Origin: an uncultured delta proteobacterium
GTDB lineage: Bacteria > Desulfobacterota > Syntrophia > Syntrophales > Smithellaceae
Direction: 5' to 3'
Assembly (NCBI GenBank): GCA_963753975.1
Contig: CAVWEH010000005.1
Coordinates: forward strand, 384,001-448,000
DNA length: 64,000 bases
Positions 50,945 to 61,590 of this stretch are shown one piece after another. The first letter of the stretch is position 1; every line of letters starts with the position of its first letter. The notes below the pieces were generated by a model, which ran no database searches, had not been told where the DNA came from, and saw nothing but the letters and a program-made list of their open reading frames with translations. Made by a program: the position numbers and the translations under genes.

Positions 50945-51583
50945 TCAATGATTGGCGAGGTTTCGAATCTCCGCGTTTTCCATTACCCGCCCACGAATAT
51001 TTTCTGATGTCGCTTTCAGCATGGCCCGCCCGAGGTCTTGTCCATTCACATAGAGGCTCTCGAACGGTTTCAATAATCTAAAGAGCGGCCTTAATGCCCG
51101 GTATAGCCGTGGGCTACTGTTCGATGATTCACCGTCAATAAATGCGGGACGCCAGCAAACTGCGTTGACCAGAGCCATAAGATCGCGCTCGGTTTCCGCC
51201 TTCACACGCGCCCACATGAAGCGGCTGTTTGTACTTGTGCCTTTACCGCTGATGAAGTGGAACGCCGCAGTTGGACTAAGTGTTTGCAGCATTCTTACCG
51301 CAGCCAGAGCAAAGTCGTGCGTAATTCTCCGATATTCTTCCCCGGAGACCTGCGTCGCGGAGACGCCGAGGCAAAAGAGACAGGCATGGACATCCACGAA
51401 GGCTTCTTCTACCGGCGCATAGTCCAGGTAATCATTGTGAATAAACACGCGAAGTTTTTTGTGGGCAAAGCGTAGCGGGCGCCGGGTAATCGCGCGAATT
51501 TCCTTAACGGCCGGCGAGGAAAAGCATGCCCGGAGAATACTACCGCCTGCGGAACCGCTCGCACCAAAGATTAGAACATTCAT
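50945..51583 (-). CDS. NAD(P)-binding Rossmann protein (epimerase/HTATIP2-like)
   Basis: IFGASGSAG, CLFCLG, WARVKAETE, RPAFI. Confidence 0.8.
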   Translation of the reverse strand: MNVLIFGASGSAGGSILRACFSSPAVKEIRAITRRPLRFAHKKLRVFIHNDYLDYAPVEEAFVDVHACLFCLGVSATQVSGEEYRRITHDFALAAVRMLQTLSPTAAFHFISGKGTSTNSRFMWARVKAETERDLMALVNAVCWRPAFIDGESSNSSPRLYRALRPLFRLLKPFESLYVNGQDLGRAMLKATSENIRGRVMENAEIRNLANH

Positions 51584-51819
51584 TCGACATTCCTCCCCCA
51601 AGAATTAGGTTTGGTTTAGCGAATTTGTAAACGACCTTTACTTTTTCCGATTCTTGATACATCGTTAAATACCTTAACAATTTAACTTTTGCAATTGTTA
51701 TCCTCAACTAGCTGTTGTGATATTTTGTATTTTATCTATAATAGCAAAGGGACTTAATACAAAAAGACAAGATTTCTCCCTTCGGTCGAAATAACTGGAA
51801 ATGGACATTAACGGTATTT

Positions 51820-54201
51820 ATGGCTAAATTAACTCTCAGCGAATGGATCGCCCGCTTAAAGAAAAATAAAAGTTTTCTGCACAGCGCCGCCGCTATCGTC
51901 GATATCCCCGAAAAATCAGGCGATTGGGAAGATTATCCGTCATGGGTCAATCCGCAGTTGCAATCGGTTCTGAAAAAACACGGCATGGAGAGACTCTACA
52001 AACATCAGGCGCAGGCAATTCGTTTTATTCGCAACGGGAAAGACGTTGTGCTGGTAACGCCTACCGCCAGCGGCAAGACGCTTTGCTATAACTTGCCCGT
52101 GCTGCAGAGCATTCTGGAGGAACCCGAAACGCGCGCCCTGTATCTTTTCCCGACCAAAGCGCTGGCGCAGGATCAGATGCATGAGATTTACAGCCTGATT
52201 ACCGATCTCAAAGCCGATATCAAAACTTTTACTTATGACGGCGATACTCCCGATGACGCCCGTCAGGCGATCCGCAAACAGGGACATGTTGTTGTTACCA
52301 ATCCGGATATGCTGCACGCGGGAATTCTGCCGCATCATACCAAATGGCAAAAGCTGTTCATGAATTTAAGATATGTCGTTATTGATGAACTGCACATATA
52401 CCGCGGCATTTTCGGCTCGCATTTTGCCAACGTGATTCGCAGGCTCGTGCGGATCTGCCGCTTTTACGGCGTCAATCCCGTTTTCATCTGCTGCTCGGCC
52501 ACCGTGGCCAACCCCCGGGAACATGCTGAAAAAATATTGGAGCGGGAAGTTGCTCTTTTGGATAAAAGCGGCGCGCCCACAGCGGCAAAAACATTTATCC
52601 TTTATAACCCACCTCTGGTTAACCGCGAACTGGGCATAAGGCAAAGCGCGATGACGCCCGCACGTAAAATTGCCGCCGATCTCATTGAAAACGGAATTCA
52701 GACGATTGTTTTTGCCACGAGCCGCTTAAATGTGGAAGTGCTGACCAAGTATCTGAAAGATAAATTCGTGCGAACAAAGCCAAAAGATGATCACTTTGTG
52801 ACCGGTTACCGCGGCGGCTATCTGCCTAATCTGCGCCGGGAGATCGAAAACGGCCTCAGGGAGCGCGAAGTTATGGGAGTTATCAGCACCAATGCGCTGG
52901 AGCTGGGTATTGATATCGGCAATCTCGAAGCGTGCATCATGGTCGGCTATCCGGGCTCAATTGCCAGCACCTGGCAACAGGCGGGGCGAGCGGGAAGGCG
53001 CACAGGCCGCAGTCTGGCCATGCTCATTGCCCGCAGCAATCCTTTGGATCAATTTATCATGGAAAATCCCGATTACTTCTTTTCCCTTTCGCCGGAACAT
53101 TGCCGCATCAATCCCGATAATCTGCTGATCTTGCTGCACCACATCAAAAGTGCCGCCTTTGAATTGCCCTTTGAGAAGGGAGAAAAGTTCGGTGGTGAAA
53201 ATTTGGAAGAATTCCTTCAGTATCTCGAGGAAAAAGGAGTACTGCATCGGACGGACGACCGCTGGCACTGGGCGGCAGAAAGCTATCCGGCGGATGAAGT
53301 GAGCCTGCGTTCTATTAACCCGGAAAATGTTGTCGTAGTGGATACGACCGAGGCGGGCAAACACAAGGTGATTGCGGAGGTGGATTGGGACAGCGCCTTT
53401 ACCGCCGTGCACGACGAAGCCATTTATATGCTGGGTGCCGAACAATATCATGTGGACAAACTCGATCTGGAAGGGAAAAAAGCGTATGTGCGCAAGGTTG
53501 ATTCCGATTACTATACCGATGCCATGACTTACACCAATGTCAGAGTAATCGATTCTTTTGAAAAACACAAAGATGACGCGGCTATTGTGGAGCACGGCGA
53601 AGTTCAGGTGGTGCGCAAAGTAGTCGGCTACAAAAAGATTAAATTTTACACTTCCGAAAATCTCGGTTACGGCGATGTCAATCTGCCGGAAAAAGACATG
53701 CACACGACCAGTTACTGGTTTACCATTCCCCGCCATCTCCTCCGGAAACTGAGCTTTACGCCGGCGGAAATTATCGACGGCCTTTCCGGCCTGGCCTACA
53801 CACTGCACCATTTATCCGCGATGTATTTAATGGCGGACATCCATGACATCGACCGCTCTCTGGGCGACAAAAGCGGGGAGTGGTTTGTGAGCCAGGGTAA
53901 AACCGGAAGGGTAATAACTTCTTTCGGCGCCGGCCGCCCGGAAAATCTGGATGATAAGACCGGAGCAAGAATCGACGAGTTCGATCCGACCATCTTTATC
54001 TTCGATTCCTATCCGGGAGGCATAGGATTTTCCGAGCTCCTCTACCGGGAACATGCCAATTTGCTTGCCGCCGCTAAAAGCCTGATTGAAAAATGTCCGT
54101 GCGCTTACGGTTGCCCGTCATGCGTGGGCCCCACGCTGGAGGTAGGCAAGACCGCCAAAGAAATTGTACCTAAAATTGTGGAGTTGATTATCGGCAAATG
54201 A
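51820..54201 (+). CDS. DEAD/DEAH helicase with C-terminal DUF1998 (MrfA/YprA/SftH-like)
   Basis: TPTASGKT, PTKALAQDQ, DELH, SAT, TNALELGIDIG, QQAGRAGR, CPCAYGCPSC. Confidence 0.92.
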   Translation: MAKLTLSEWIARLKKNKSFLHSAAAIVDIPEKSGDWEDYPSWVNPQLQSVLKKHGMERLYKHQAQAIRFIRNGKDVVLVTPTASGKTLCYNLPVLQSILEEPETRALYLFPTKALAQDQMHEIYSLITDLKADIKTFTYDGDTPDDARQAIRKQGHVVVTNPDMLHAGILPHHTKWQKLFMNLRYVVIDELHIYRGIFGSHFANVIRRLVRICRFYGVNPVFICCSATVANPREHAEKILEREVALLDKSGAPTAAKTFILYNPPLVNRELGIRQSAMTPARKIAADLIENGIQTIVFATSRLNVEVLTKYLKDKFVRTKPKDDHFVTGYRGGYLPNLRREIENGLREREVMGVISTNALELGIDIGNLEACIMVGYPGSIASTWQQAGRAGRRTGRSLAMLIARSNPLDQFIMENPDYFFSLSPEHCRINPDNLLILLHHIKSAAFELPFEKGEKFGGENLEEFLQYLEEKGVLHRTDDRWHWAAESYPADEVSLRSINPENVVVVDTTEAGKHKVIAEVDWDSAFTAVHDEAIYMLGAEQYHVDKLDLEGKKAYVRKVDSDYYTDAMTYTNVRVIDSFEKHKDDAAIVEHGEVQVVRKVVGYKKIKFYTSENLGYGDVNLPEKDMHTTSYWFTIPRHLLRKLSFTPAEIIDGLSGLAYTLHHLSAMYLMADIHDIDRSLGDKSGEWFVSQGKTGRVITSFGAGRPENLDDKTGARIDEFDPTIFIFDSYPGGIGFSELLYREHANLLAAAKSLIEKCPCAYGCPSCVGPTLEVGKTAKEIVPKIVELIIGK

Positions 54202-55514
54202 GCTCGATTGAAAAATTAAAACGGCTGACCGGCGAAAAGACCAAAGCACAGGAAAAGCCGTCAAAGCCTTCGCCAAAGAAAGTCCAAATCGATGAATTGC
54301 GCAGCCGGATCGATGCAGTCATGTCGCGAAGATTGCAGCGGCAGCAAACTGCAGCGGAAAAAGAGTTTGATGTAAACAAGATCGATCTGGCGGAAATTGT
54401 AGAAGGCGTTGAGACCGAAAACGATTACGGCAGATTTTTTCTGATACGCGAAACTGTTCGCGGCAGCAGCCGTCACGGGCATCGGAACATCAGAGAAACA
54501 TTTGGCCTCGATATGAAAGCGACGGCATTACTGGCCAATGAACCGAGCATTGCCGATCTGAACTCTTCCGATGCTCTATTTCTCGATACGGAAACGACGG
54601 GGCTTGCCGGAGGCACGGGAACGATGGCTTTTTTAATCGGCCTGGGCTGGTTTGAAGACGGCCAATTTCATATCCGGCAAATTCTGGCGCGCGATTTCGG
54701 GGAAGAAAAAGCCGCACTGGCTCATCTTGGTGAAATAGCCGGTCAAAAAAAATTTCTGGTAACATTCAACGGCAAGGCCTTTGACGTTAATCTTCTGACT
54801 ACGCGCTTTATTTTAAATCGCTTAAAGAGCGACCTCGCCTCTATGCCCCATCTGGATTTGCTCCATCCATCGCGGCGGATTTTGGGACATCGTTTAGAGA
54901 ACAGCCGTCTGGCCACTCTGGAAGCCGAGGTGCTCGGAGTCGAGCGCGAAGGCGACATCCCCGGCTGGGAAATTCCGCAACGCTATTTCGATTGGCTGCG
55001 CGAGCGCGACGGACGCCTCCTCGCATCTATCTTTGAGCATAACCGGCTCGATGTAATTTCCATGGCGAGCCTTACCGCCCATCTGACGGAAATTCTGACG
55101 GCACAAGAATTAATGCAAAATGTTCATGATGCCGATTATTTAGCCGCGGCCCGCCTTTTATTAAAACGCCGCGACTCTTGCGGAGTGGAAAAAATCTTAA
55201 ACATGTTTGATGATCGGCGGTGCACCGGAATCTCCGCCATTTCCAAAAAAGAACTTTCCTTTTTATACAAACGCAACGGCCGCTGGCAGGAAGCGGCTCA
55301 AATCTGGCAGGAATTAGTCGCTGCAATGCCGGCTGATTATTCCGCAATCTCGGAGTTGGCCAAGTGGCTCGAGCACCATGTCCGTGATTATCAACGCGCC
55401 AAAAATCTGGTGGAAACAGCATTAAATGAAAACGATGCTTTTTCTGCTGAACAAAGAGATTCTTTATTACATCGCCTGAAGAGGGTAAACACAAAACTTG
55501 AAAGCATCAGATAA
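54198..55514 (+). CDS. RNase H-like (DEDD) exonuclease with TPR-like tail (MrfB/YprB-like)
   Basis: FLDTETTGLAGG, TFNGKAFD, HLDLLH, HNRLDV; ATGA overlap with the helicase. Confidence 0.88.
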   Translation: MSSIEKLKRLTGEKTKAQEKPSKPSPKKVQIDELRSRIDAVMSRRLQRQQTAAEKEFDVNKIDLAEIVEGVETENDYGRFFLIRETVRGSSRHGHRNIRETFGLDMKATALLANEPSIADLNSSDALFLDTETTGLAGGTGTMAFLIGLGWFEDGQFHIRQILARDFGEEKAALAHLGEIAGQKKFLVTFNGKAFDVNLLTTRFILNRLKSDLASMPHLDLLHPSRRILGHRLENSRLATLEAEVLGVEREGDIPGWEIPQRYFDWLRERDGRLLASIFEHNRLDVISMASLTAHLTEILTAQELMQNVHDADYLAAARLLLKRRDSCGVEKILNMFDDRRCTGISAISKKELSFLYKRNGRWQEAAQIWQELVAAMPADYSAISELAKWLEHHVRDYQRAKNLVETALNENDAFSAEQRDSLLHRLKRVNTKLESIR

Positions 55515-55552
55515 ATGATCGCTGAGTTACAGTTTAATGATGAGTAAAACTT

Positions 55553-56938
55553 CTATACTGTCTTATTTCCCCCGGCGAGGAAAACTTGCTCTATTTTATG
55601 GAAGTCAACTTTACCGGTGGCTGTTCTGGCTATAGAGGAAACGATTTTTATCCGGCGCGGCATGGCATAGGGTTCAAGTTTCTCCTGCATCATCTTTTTT
55701 AACTGAATTTCCGTCAAATCACCAGCAACTAAGGCGGCAATAACGCTTTCCCGTCCCTTTTCCGCGGGTAGAGCAATGACGACGGCATCGCGGATAGTTG
55801 GCAATTCCAGTATCTTGTTTTGCACATCCAGAAGATCCACTCTTTTACCGGCAACCTTGACTATTCCATCTGCTCTTCCCAATAGAACAAAACGATTGCC
55901 CTTTTCCTTCTGAACTTCGTCGCCGGTCACACAGAATCCATCTGCATCTCTTTCCATTTCCGGCGATGCAAAGACGGATTGAATGGAAAGCCTTTTGCCG
56001 GAAATTTTCCAGGAAACAACATCAGCGGGCTTCCAGCTTTCGGTGTGTTCGTTGATACTGCGCGAGGCAATGCCGCCTGTTTCCGTGGAGCCGTAAATTT
56101 CGGTTATACCCAGACCGGTCTTTTTCTGAAAATGAATGGCATCGGAACGGTTCAACACGCCGGATGAAGAAAAGGCAATTTTCAGCGAAGGTGCAGACAA
56201 ATTATTCACCTTCAATGCCCGATAATGAATCGGAACACTGACCAGCACTGTGGCTTTATGTTTATTGATCGTGGAAATGATTTCCTGAGGGAAGGTATAA
56301 ATATCGGGCAGAACTTTAGCATGAGCGACAAAAGGAACCAAAACTGAAAAAAGGAGTCCGTAAATATGGTAAGGAGGAACCGTAGAAACAAAAAGGTCTT
56401 TTTCTGAAATCGCGAATTTTTCCTTCAAATAAAAAGCTTCGGCAAATAAATTGCGGGGTGATTTTGACCAGACTTTTGGTTTCCCCGTGGAGCCTCCGGT
56501 AAAAAGGCGGAGAAAAGGCTCATCAGGATTACGGATTTCCTCAGGAATAATAGCGGCCATTGAACCGGGAAGAGGAGTGATTATTTCTACCCCCGAGGGT
56601 ATTTCTTCAGGATGATCAGAAATGGCAGCGTTAAAACCGACAGCTTCATACATCTCCATTAAGGCATGAGAGGAAAAAGAATAAGGCAGAATCAGTTGAC
56701 AAGCGCCGCTAAGCGAAGCCAGAATACAGGCGGCAGTTACAGCTTTCTTTTCGGTGCAAAGGCAAAGAGTTTTCTGTCCGCCGCGCCTCGAGAGAATCTT
56801 CTTTATGCCGGCAGCGAGTTCAAAAATCTCGCCATAGCTGTATCCGGAAAGAGTAAAATCTTTATGGCAAAGAGCTTTGGGTGGCGCCAAAATTTTATTA
56901 TATAAACTTGTAAAATGGTTTTTTTGCACGTCGGTCAT
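55553..56938 (-). CDS. AMP-binding acyl-CoA/acyl-ACP ligase
   Basis: FTGGSTGKPK, PPYHIYG, YGSTETGG, TGD, GRADGIVKVAGKRV, TGK. Confidence 0.88.
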   Translation of the reverse strand: MTDVQKNHFTSLYNKILAPPKALCHKDFTLSGYSYGEIFELAAGIKKILSRRGGQKTLCLCTEKKAVTAACILASLSGACQLILPYSFSSHALMEMYEAVGFNAAISDHPEEIPSGVEIITPLPGSMAAIIPEEIRNPDEPFLRLFTGGSTGKPKVWSKSPRNLFAEAFYLKEKFAISEKDLFVSTVPPYHIYGLLFSVLVPFVAHAKVLPDIYTFPQEIISTINKHKATVLVSVPIHYRALKVNNLSAPSLKIAFSSSGVLNRSDAIHFQKKTGLGITEIYGSTETGGIASRSINEHTESWKPADVVSWKISGKRLSIQSVFASPEMERDADGFCVTGDEVQKEKGNRFVLLGRADGIVKVAGKRVDLLDVQNKILELPTIRDAVVIALPAEKGRESVIAALVAGDLTEIQLKKMMQEKLEPYAMPRRIKIVSSIARTATGKVDFHKIEQVFLAGGNKTV

Positions 56939-57126
56939 AGTCAGAATAATTTCATCAAATCATTTTTTTGTCTATTTATCGGAAAAAGGGGGAAAAATCA
57001 ATGCAGCATTTTTGTGTTTGTTTCTCTTTAAAATATGTAATTCTTGTTCTTAATAGTCATTAAAAACAATGTTTTTTGTTGACTTCTATGCAGTTTTTTC
57101 ATTAGCTATAAAAAAATTTTAAAGAA

Positions 57127-57576
57127 ATGATTATGCCGAACATTGATATTGATAGCCTAATCCCGCATCGCAAGCCGATAAGAATTATTAGTGATGTGCT
57201 CGAGATACAGGAAGACTATGCTGTTGCTACTGCGATTGTAAATCCTGACTGGCCTCTTTTTGACGGCGATGCAGTAGATTCACTAGTCCTCATTGAGGCT
57301 ACTGCCCAAACCGCGGCTATTGTCGAAGGTTACAAGAGAAGTAAGCAGGGTAAAGCCGGTGTTAAGGGCTGGCTTGTCGGCATCAAGAATGCCGAATTTA
57401 ATGTGGCGAAAATTCCTGTGAATACTCAATTGACCATTTTCGTCAACAGTAAATATTCGTTCGATAATTACGGCGTCGTGCAAGGAACTATTAAGAGCGG
57501 CGATGATGTTTTAGCTATAATAGTTCTTCAGGCTTTGCGATTGAATGAAGACAGTCAGCAAATAAATATTATTTGA
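57127..57576 (+). CDS. Hotdog-fold 3-hydroxyacyl-ACP dehydratase-like protein (ApeP-like)
   Basis: LIPHRKP, LIEATAQT, GWLVGIK. Confidence 0.75.
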   Translation: MIMPNIDIDSLIPHRKPIRIISDVLEIQEDYAVATAIVNPDWPLFDGDAVDSLVLIEATAQTAAIVEGYKRSKQGKAGVKGWLVGIKNAEFNVAKIPVNTQLTIFVNSKYSFDNYGVVQGTIKSGDDVLAIIVLQALRLNEDSQQINII

Positions 57577-57593
57577 GGAGACTAATTAAGAAA

Positions 57594-58322
57594 ATGAATG
57601 AAAAAAAGGTGGCAATAGTTACAGGCGCTAGCCGTGGCATCGGCAGGGCAACAGCTGTGGAGCTGGCCAAAGCCGGTTACTTTGTAGTTATAAACTATAA
57701 ATCCAATGAGGCGGCGGCAATAGAAACTTTGAAACTTGTAGAGTCTACGGGCGGAGCGGGAGAAATTATAAAATTCGATGTAACTGACGGAAGAGAGACC
57801 GCTGACGCAATCAAAGCGATCGTTGAACGTCATAAAAAAATCCAAGCGCTCGTCAATAACGCCGGAATTACAGCCGACGGTCTTTTCATGATGCTGGCCG
57901 AAGATGAATGGGATGACGTCATAAACACTACCCTCAAAGGTTTTTACAATGTGACAAAACCGGTTTTGCGGGAAATGGTCAAATCGAAATATGGGTCAAT
58001 CGTTTCCGTTTCATCGGTCGCCGGAATAATGCCCAACCGTGGTCAGGCAAACTATGCGGCCGCAAAGGCGGGAATAATAGGGGCTTCCCGTTCATTGGCT
58101 AAAGAAGTCGCGAGATTCGGCATTAAGGTAAACATTGTCGCTCCAGGCTTAATTGAAACGGAAATGATCAAAAACGCGCCCGTTGCCGAAATCAAAAAGG
58201 CTATTCCGATGGAGAGACCGGGCAAACCGGAAGAAGTGGCGCGCGTCATTCGTTTTTTGTGTTCCGACGATGCTTCCTATATGACGGGACAGGTTATAGG
58301 CATAAACGGCGGAATATGCTGA
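57594..58322 (+). CDS. fabG: 3-oxoacyl-ACP reductase (FabG family)
   Basis: TGASRGIG, NNAG, YAAAK, VAPGLIET, GINGG. Confidence 0.88.
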   Translation: MNEKKVAIVTGASRGIGRATAVELAKAGYFVVINYKSNEAAAIETLKLVESTGGAGEIIKFDVTDGRETADAIKAIVERHKKIQALVNNAGITADGLFMMLAEDEWDDVINTTLKGFYNVTKPVLREMVKSKYGSIVSVSSVAGIMPNRGQANYAAAKAGIIGASRSLAKEVARFGIKVNIVAPGLIETEMIKNAPVAEIKKAIPMERPGKPEEVARVIRFLCSDDASYMTGQVIGINGGIC

Positions 58323-58957
58323 TGCGAACTCGTCATTCTTTATTTGGTTTTCTTGGCGTAATATTCGGCCTATTTTTAGTTATTATCTCTTTAACTTCCG
58401 CTGCTGCTGATAATTTTGATCAATTGCGGAAAGACGCCGTCAATATCAAAACCATTAAAGCGCACTTTGTGCAAAAAAAATCTATGAAAATCTTATCCAA
58501 ACCCCTCATCTCTCAGGGACTGTTTTATTACGTCGCGCCCGATTCTTTCCGCTGGGAGTATTTGCAGCCCTTAAGAAGTGTAGTAATAGCATATAGGGGC
58601 AGCACTAAACGTTACATTGCTTCCGGCGGAAAAATGATTGAAGATAAAACGGGCGGTGTGCAGGCAATGAAAATAGTTCTCGGTGAAATAGCCGGTTGGA
58701 TGAGCGGTAAATTCGACCAAAATCCGTCATTTACGGCAACATTAAAAGAAGGAGCATATACAGAGATCACATTAATACCGGTCGAAAAGAACATGGCCGG
58801 GATGATTGAAAAAATTAAAATTACCCTTTCCAAAAAAGAGAAAGCGGTCAAGTCTGTAAAAATTATAGAAGGCGCAAATGCCTTTACCCAGATAGATTTC
58901 AGTGATGTACAAATCAATAAAGAAATCAGAGATAAAACATTTCAGGATGTTGAATGA
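58322..58957 (+). CDS. LolA-like outer-membrane lipoprotein carrier protein
   Basis: Signal peptide, AHFVQKK, SQGLFYY, FRWEYLQP. Confidence 0.8.
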   Translation: MRTRHSLFGFLGVIFGLFLVIISLTSAAADNFDQLRKDAVNIKTIKAHFVQKKSMKILSKPLISQGLFYYVAPDSFRWEYLQPLRSVVIAYRGSTKRYIASGGKMIEDKTGGVQAMKIVLGEIAGWMSGKFDQNPSFTATLKEGAYTEITLIPVEKNMAGMIEKIKITLSKKEKAVKSVKIIEGANAFTQIDFSDVQINKEIRDKTFQDVE

Positions 58958-59643
58958 AGCGGATATTCCCGTTAGTACTAGTAACTATACTTCTCGCATC
59001 CTGCCAAAGCCTGCCGGTAATTAATGTACCCGCGCCGCCGGCAGACGGGAAGGTTTTCGCTTGTCCGTCTCCCTTTTTAAAAGAACGATACCTACTCATA
59101 CATACGATTGAAATCCGCATGGCGGGAGATACCCGGGGGGCAATTATCGGTATCACTTTGGCTGATCCGGCCACGCGCTTAATTTCCTGCGCCATTATGA
59201 CAGCGGAAGGAATTGTACTCTTCGATGCCGAAGAAGACGCCGGATTGCTCAAAGTTAATCGAGCACTGCCGCCTTTTGATTCTGCGGATTTTGCGCGAAA
59301 CATGATCGATGACATTAAACTCATCTTTTTCGTACCGGTAGGAAAAATTGTTGAGCAAGGCAATCTTCCCGGGGGAACTGTCATCTGCCGCTGGCGTGAA
59401 AAAAACGACGGCTGGATCGATGTGTTATCGAATCAGCCAAAAGGCATAGAAATAAATCGGTATTCATCTTGCGGCAGTTTGAAACGCCATGTAAAGTTCG
59501 CAAGAACGGATGAAAATATTTATCAAAACATTGAACTCACCGCCACCGAGCTATATAGTTATTCGCTGTTTATGACGCTGATTGAAGCCCAACCGGCAAA
59601 AAAAGAATTACTTATAGATAAAGCCCAAGGGAAGGAAAGATGA
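58954..59643 (+). CDS. Lipoprotein, possibly DUF3261-like
   Basis: Lipobox LASC; IMTAEGIVLF segment; position within the lipid cluster. Confidence 0.55.
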   Translation: MKRIFPLVLVTILLASCQSLPVINVPAPPADGKVFACPSPFLKERYLLIHTIEIRMAGDTRGAIIGITLADPATRLISCAIMTAEGIVLFDAEEDAGLLKVNRALPPFDSADFARNMIDDIKLIFFVPVGKIVEQGNLPGGTVICRWREKNDGWIDVLSNQPKGIEINRYSSCGSLKRHVKFARTDENIYQNIELTATELYSYSLFMTLIEAQPAKKELLIDKAQGKER

Positions 59644-61106
59644 AAAATCCTGCAGAGGGTAAAAATATCGTTATTATCGGTTCAGGTATCGGCGGATTGA
59701 GCGCGGGAATTCTTTTATCCCTGTTGAACTATCATGTAACTATTGTGGAAAAAAATCCCCTGCCGGGCGGCTTGATGCGTTCCTACCGGCGTGCAGGAAT
59801 TGACTGCCCCGTTGGTGTCCACTACGTAGGTGCTTTGGGAGAAGATGAGCCTTTAGGAAAAATGTTTCATGCTTTGGGCATATCGGTAGATGAGCTCTTT
59901 GCCCGAATGGGACAGGATGGCATAATTGACCGCTATATTTTTGATGATTTTACCTTTGATTTGCCTACCAGCATTGATTCCTACGAAAAAAATCTGCACA
60001 ACTCCTTTCCTCAAGATTCCGCGGCTGTGGACTTAATTATGAAAAATTTGCGGGAAATATCCGAGCGCATGCTAAACACATCCTTCTTACTCAATCAGGG
60101 CGACCCCTTCCAAAATATCGATTATTACCAATCCTTGGGTGAATTTCTGGATAAACTAAAAGTTTCCGCAGGCTTGCGGGCGGTATTGGCTATTCCTGCC
60201 CAGCTTATCGGCGTTCCTCCGGCCGATTGTCCGGTTATTTTTCATCACATGATTTTAGCCGGTTATTTATTTTCTTCCTGGAGACTGAAAGAGAGCGGCA
60301 GCAAAATGGCCGATGTTTTTGTAAAACGTTTTCAGACTCTGGGCGGAAAAATTGTCTTAAGTGATGGCGTTGAAAAAATATTGTTGCAGTCAGGAAAGGT
60401 AGCAGGAGCAAAGCTAAACTCCGGCCTCGAATTGCCGTCTGATACCGTCATCGCCGATGTACACCCGAAGGTGCTGTTGGAATTGCTCGAGACGAATGCT
60501 CTGCGCAGTTCTTACCGGCAACGCATATTAAATTTAGAGGAAACCGAAGGCATTATTTCCATTCAGGTCAGCGTTGATGCTGCCGCCCATCCGGAAATAC
60601 CGCATAATATATACCGGCTCACTACGGATGAAAAAGGCACGATACAAGACGGGATATTTTGTCAACTGCGGCGGGGGAACAACAACTTCAACTTAGTTTC
60701 GATCATTACTAAATCGTTATACAATGAGTGGCGGCAATGGGAAAATACGGTTTCCGGACAACGCGGAAAGGACTATGAAGAGAAGAAACAAAATCTTGCC
60801 CTTGGACTTCTACAAAAAGCAAATGAGGTATTCGGCGGATTAAAAAATGCCCGCATTCTGGATGTTTTTACTCCACTGACTCTGCGGGATTATGTAAATT
60901 GCCCGGAGGGTTCCTGCTACGGAGTGCTGCGTTCCTCCCGCCAATTGCTTAAAGTTGCATCTTTAAATAATATTCCCCTCCCCGGCCTCTTTCTCGCGGG
61001 GCAAAATGCTTTGGCGCCGGGAGTTTTAGGCAGTATATTGGGCTCGTTTAATGCAGCAAGGCAAATTGCCGGAGCCGAGAGATTTACCCGGGAAATCAAG
61101 TGGTAA
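59640..61106 (+). CDS. FAD-dependent oxidoreductase (phytoene dehydrogenase/retinol saturase-like)
   Basis: IIGSGIGGL, EKNPLPGG, GVHYVG, TPLTLRDY, LFLAGQ, PGVLG. Confidence 0.85.
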   Translation: MKNPAEGKNIVIIGSGIGGLSAGILLSLLNYHVTIVEKNPLPGGLMRSYRRAGIDCPVGVHYVGALGEDEPLGKMFHALGISVDELFARMGQDGIIDRYIFDDFTFDLPTSIDSYEKNLHNSFPQDSAAVDLIMKNLREISERMLNTSFLLNQGDPFQNIDYYQSLGEFLDKLKVSAGLRAVLAIPAQLIGVPPADCPVIFHHMILAGYLFSSWRLKESGSKMADVFVKRFQTLGGKIVLSDGVEKILLQSGKVAGAKLNSGLELPSDTVIADVHPKVLLELLETNALRSSYRQRILNLEETEGIISIQVSVDAAAHPEIPHNIYRLTTDEKGTIQDGIFCQLRRGNNNFNLVSIITKSLYNEWRQWENTVSGQRGKDYEEKKQNLALGLLQKANEVFGGLKNARILDVFTPLTLRDYVNCPEGSCYGVLRSSRQLLKVASLNNIPLPGLFLAGQNALAPGVLGSILGSFNAARQIAGAERFTREIKW

Positions 61107-61189
61107 TTTTAATACTGTGGACGTGAAAACCGATTTATGCTAATTTTTATTTGTACTTCGGCCAAAAACGAAATTCAATAGGACATACG

Positions 61190-61211
61190 GTAATCCGCCG
61201 TGGCGGATTAC
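61190..61211. repeat. Inverted repeat GTAATCCGCC-GT-GGCGGATTAC within a larger imperfect hairpin (about 61134-61241)
   Basis: Direct reading; outer arms TTTATGCT/AGCATAAA. Confidence 0.55.
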
Positions 61212-61317
61212 TACCTCGTCCTTCGGCCTGATCAGCATAAAAATATAAACTATAGAAAAATAAAACGATATTTGTTAAAAACGGCCATATTAAATTCAGG
61301 GAGTTAAAACCAAAGCG

Positions 61318-61587
61318 ATGACACGTCAGGAAATCGAGAGAGAAATTAAGAATATTTTTCAGCGCGAGTTTGAAATAGAAAATCCCGGCATGGATGATGA
61401 CCTGCGGGAAACGTATGAATTCGACAGTATTGATGCTATTGAACTTCTATTGGAAATAGAAAAACTTTTGGGATCGGAACTTAGTCAGGAAGAAAAAAAA
61501 CAAGCCATGGACATTCGTACGATTAACCAGATTTGCGACTATATTGAAAGAATTATCCAAACCAGAAAAGCTGCGGCGGCAAAATAA
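61318..61587 (+). CDS. Acyl carrier protein
   Basis: Small acidic protein with FDSIDAIEL phosphopantetheine Ser motif. Confidence 0.9.
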   Translation: MTRQEIEREIKNIFQREFEIENPGMDDDLRETYEFDSIDAIELLLEIEKLLGSELSQEEKKQAMDIRTINQICDYIERIIQTRKAAAAK

Positions 61588-61590
61588 TTT

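Noticed and set aside
52957..53811. 284-aa antisense ORF, and other shadow ORFs such as 19789-20385, 28706-29212 and 49665-50249
   Set aside because: They overlap well-supported genes on the opposite strand and show no recognisable motifs.
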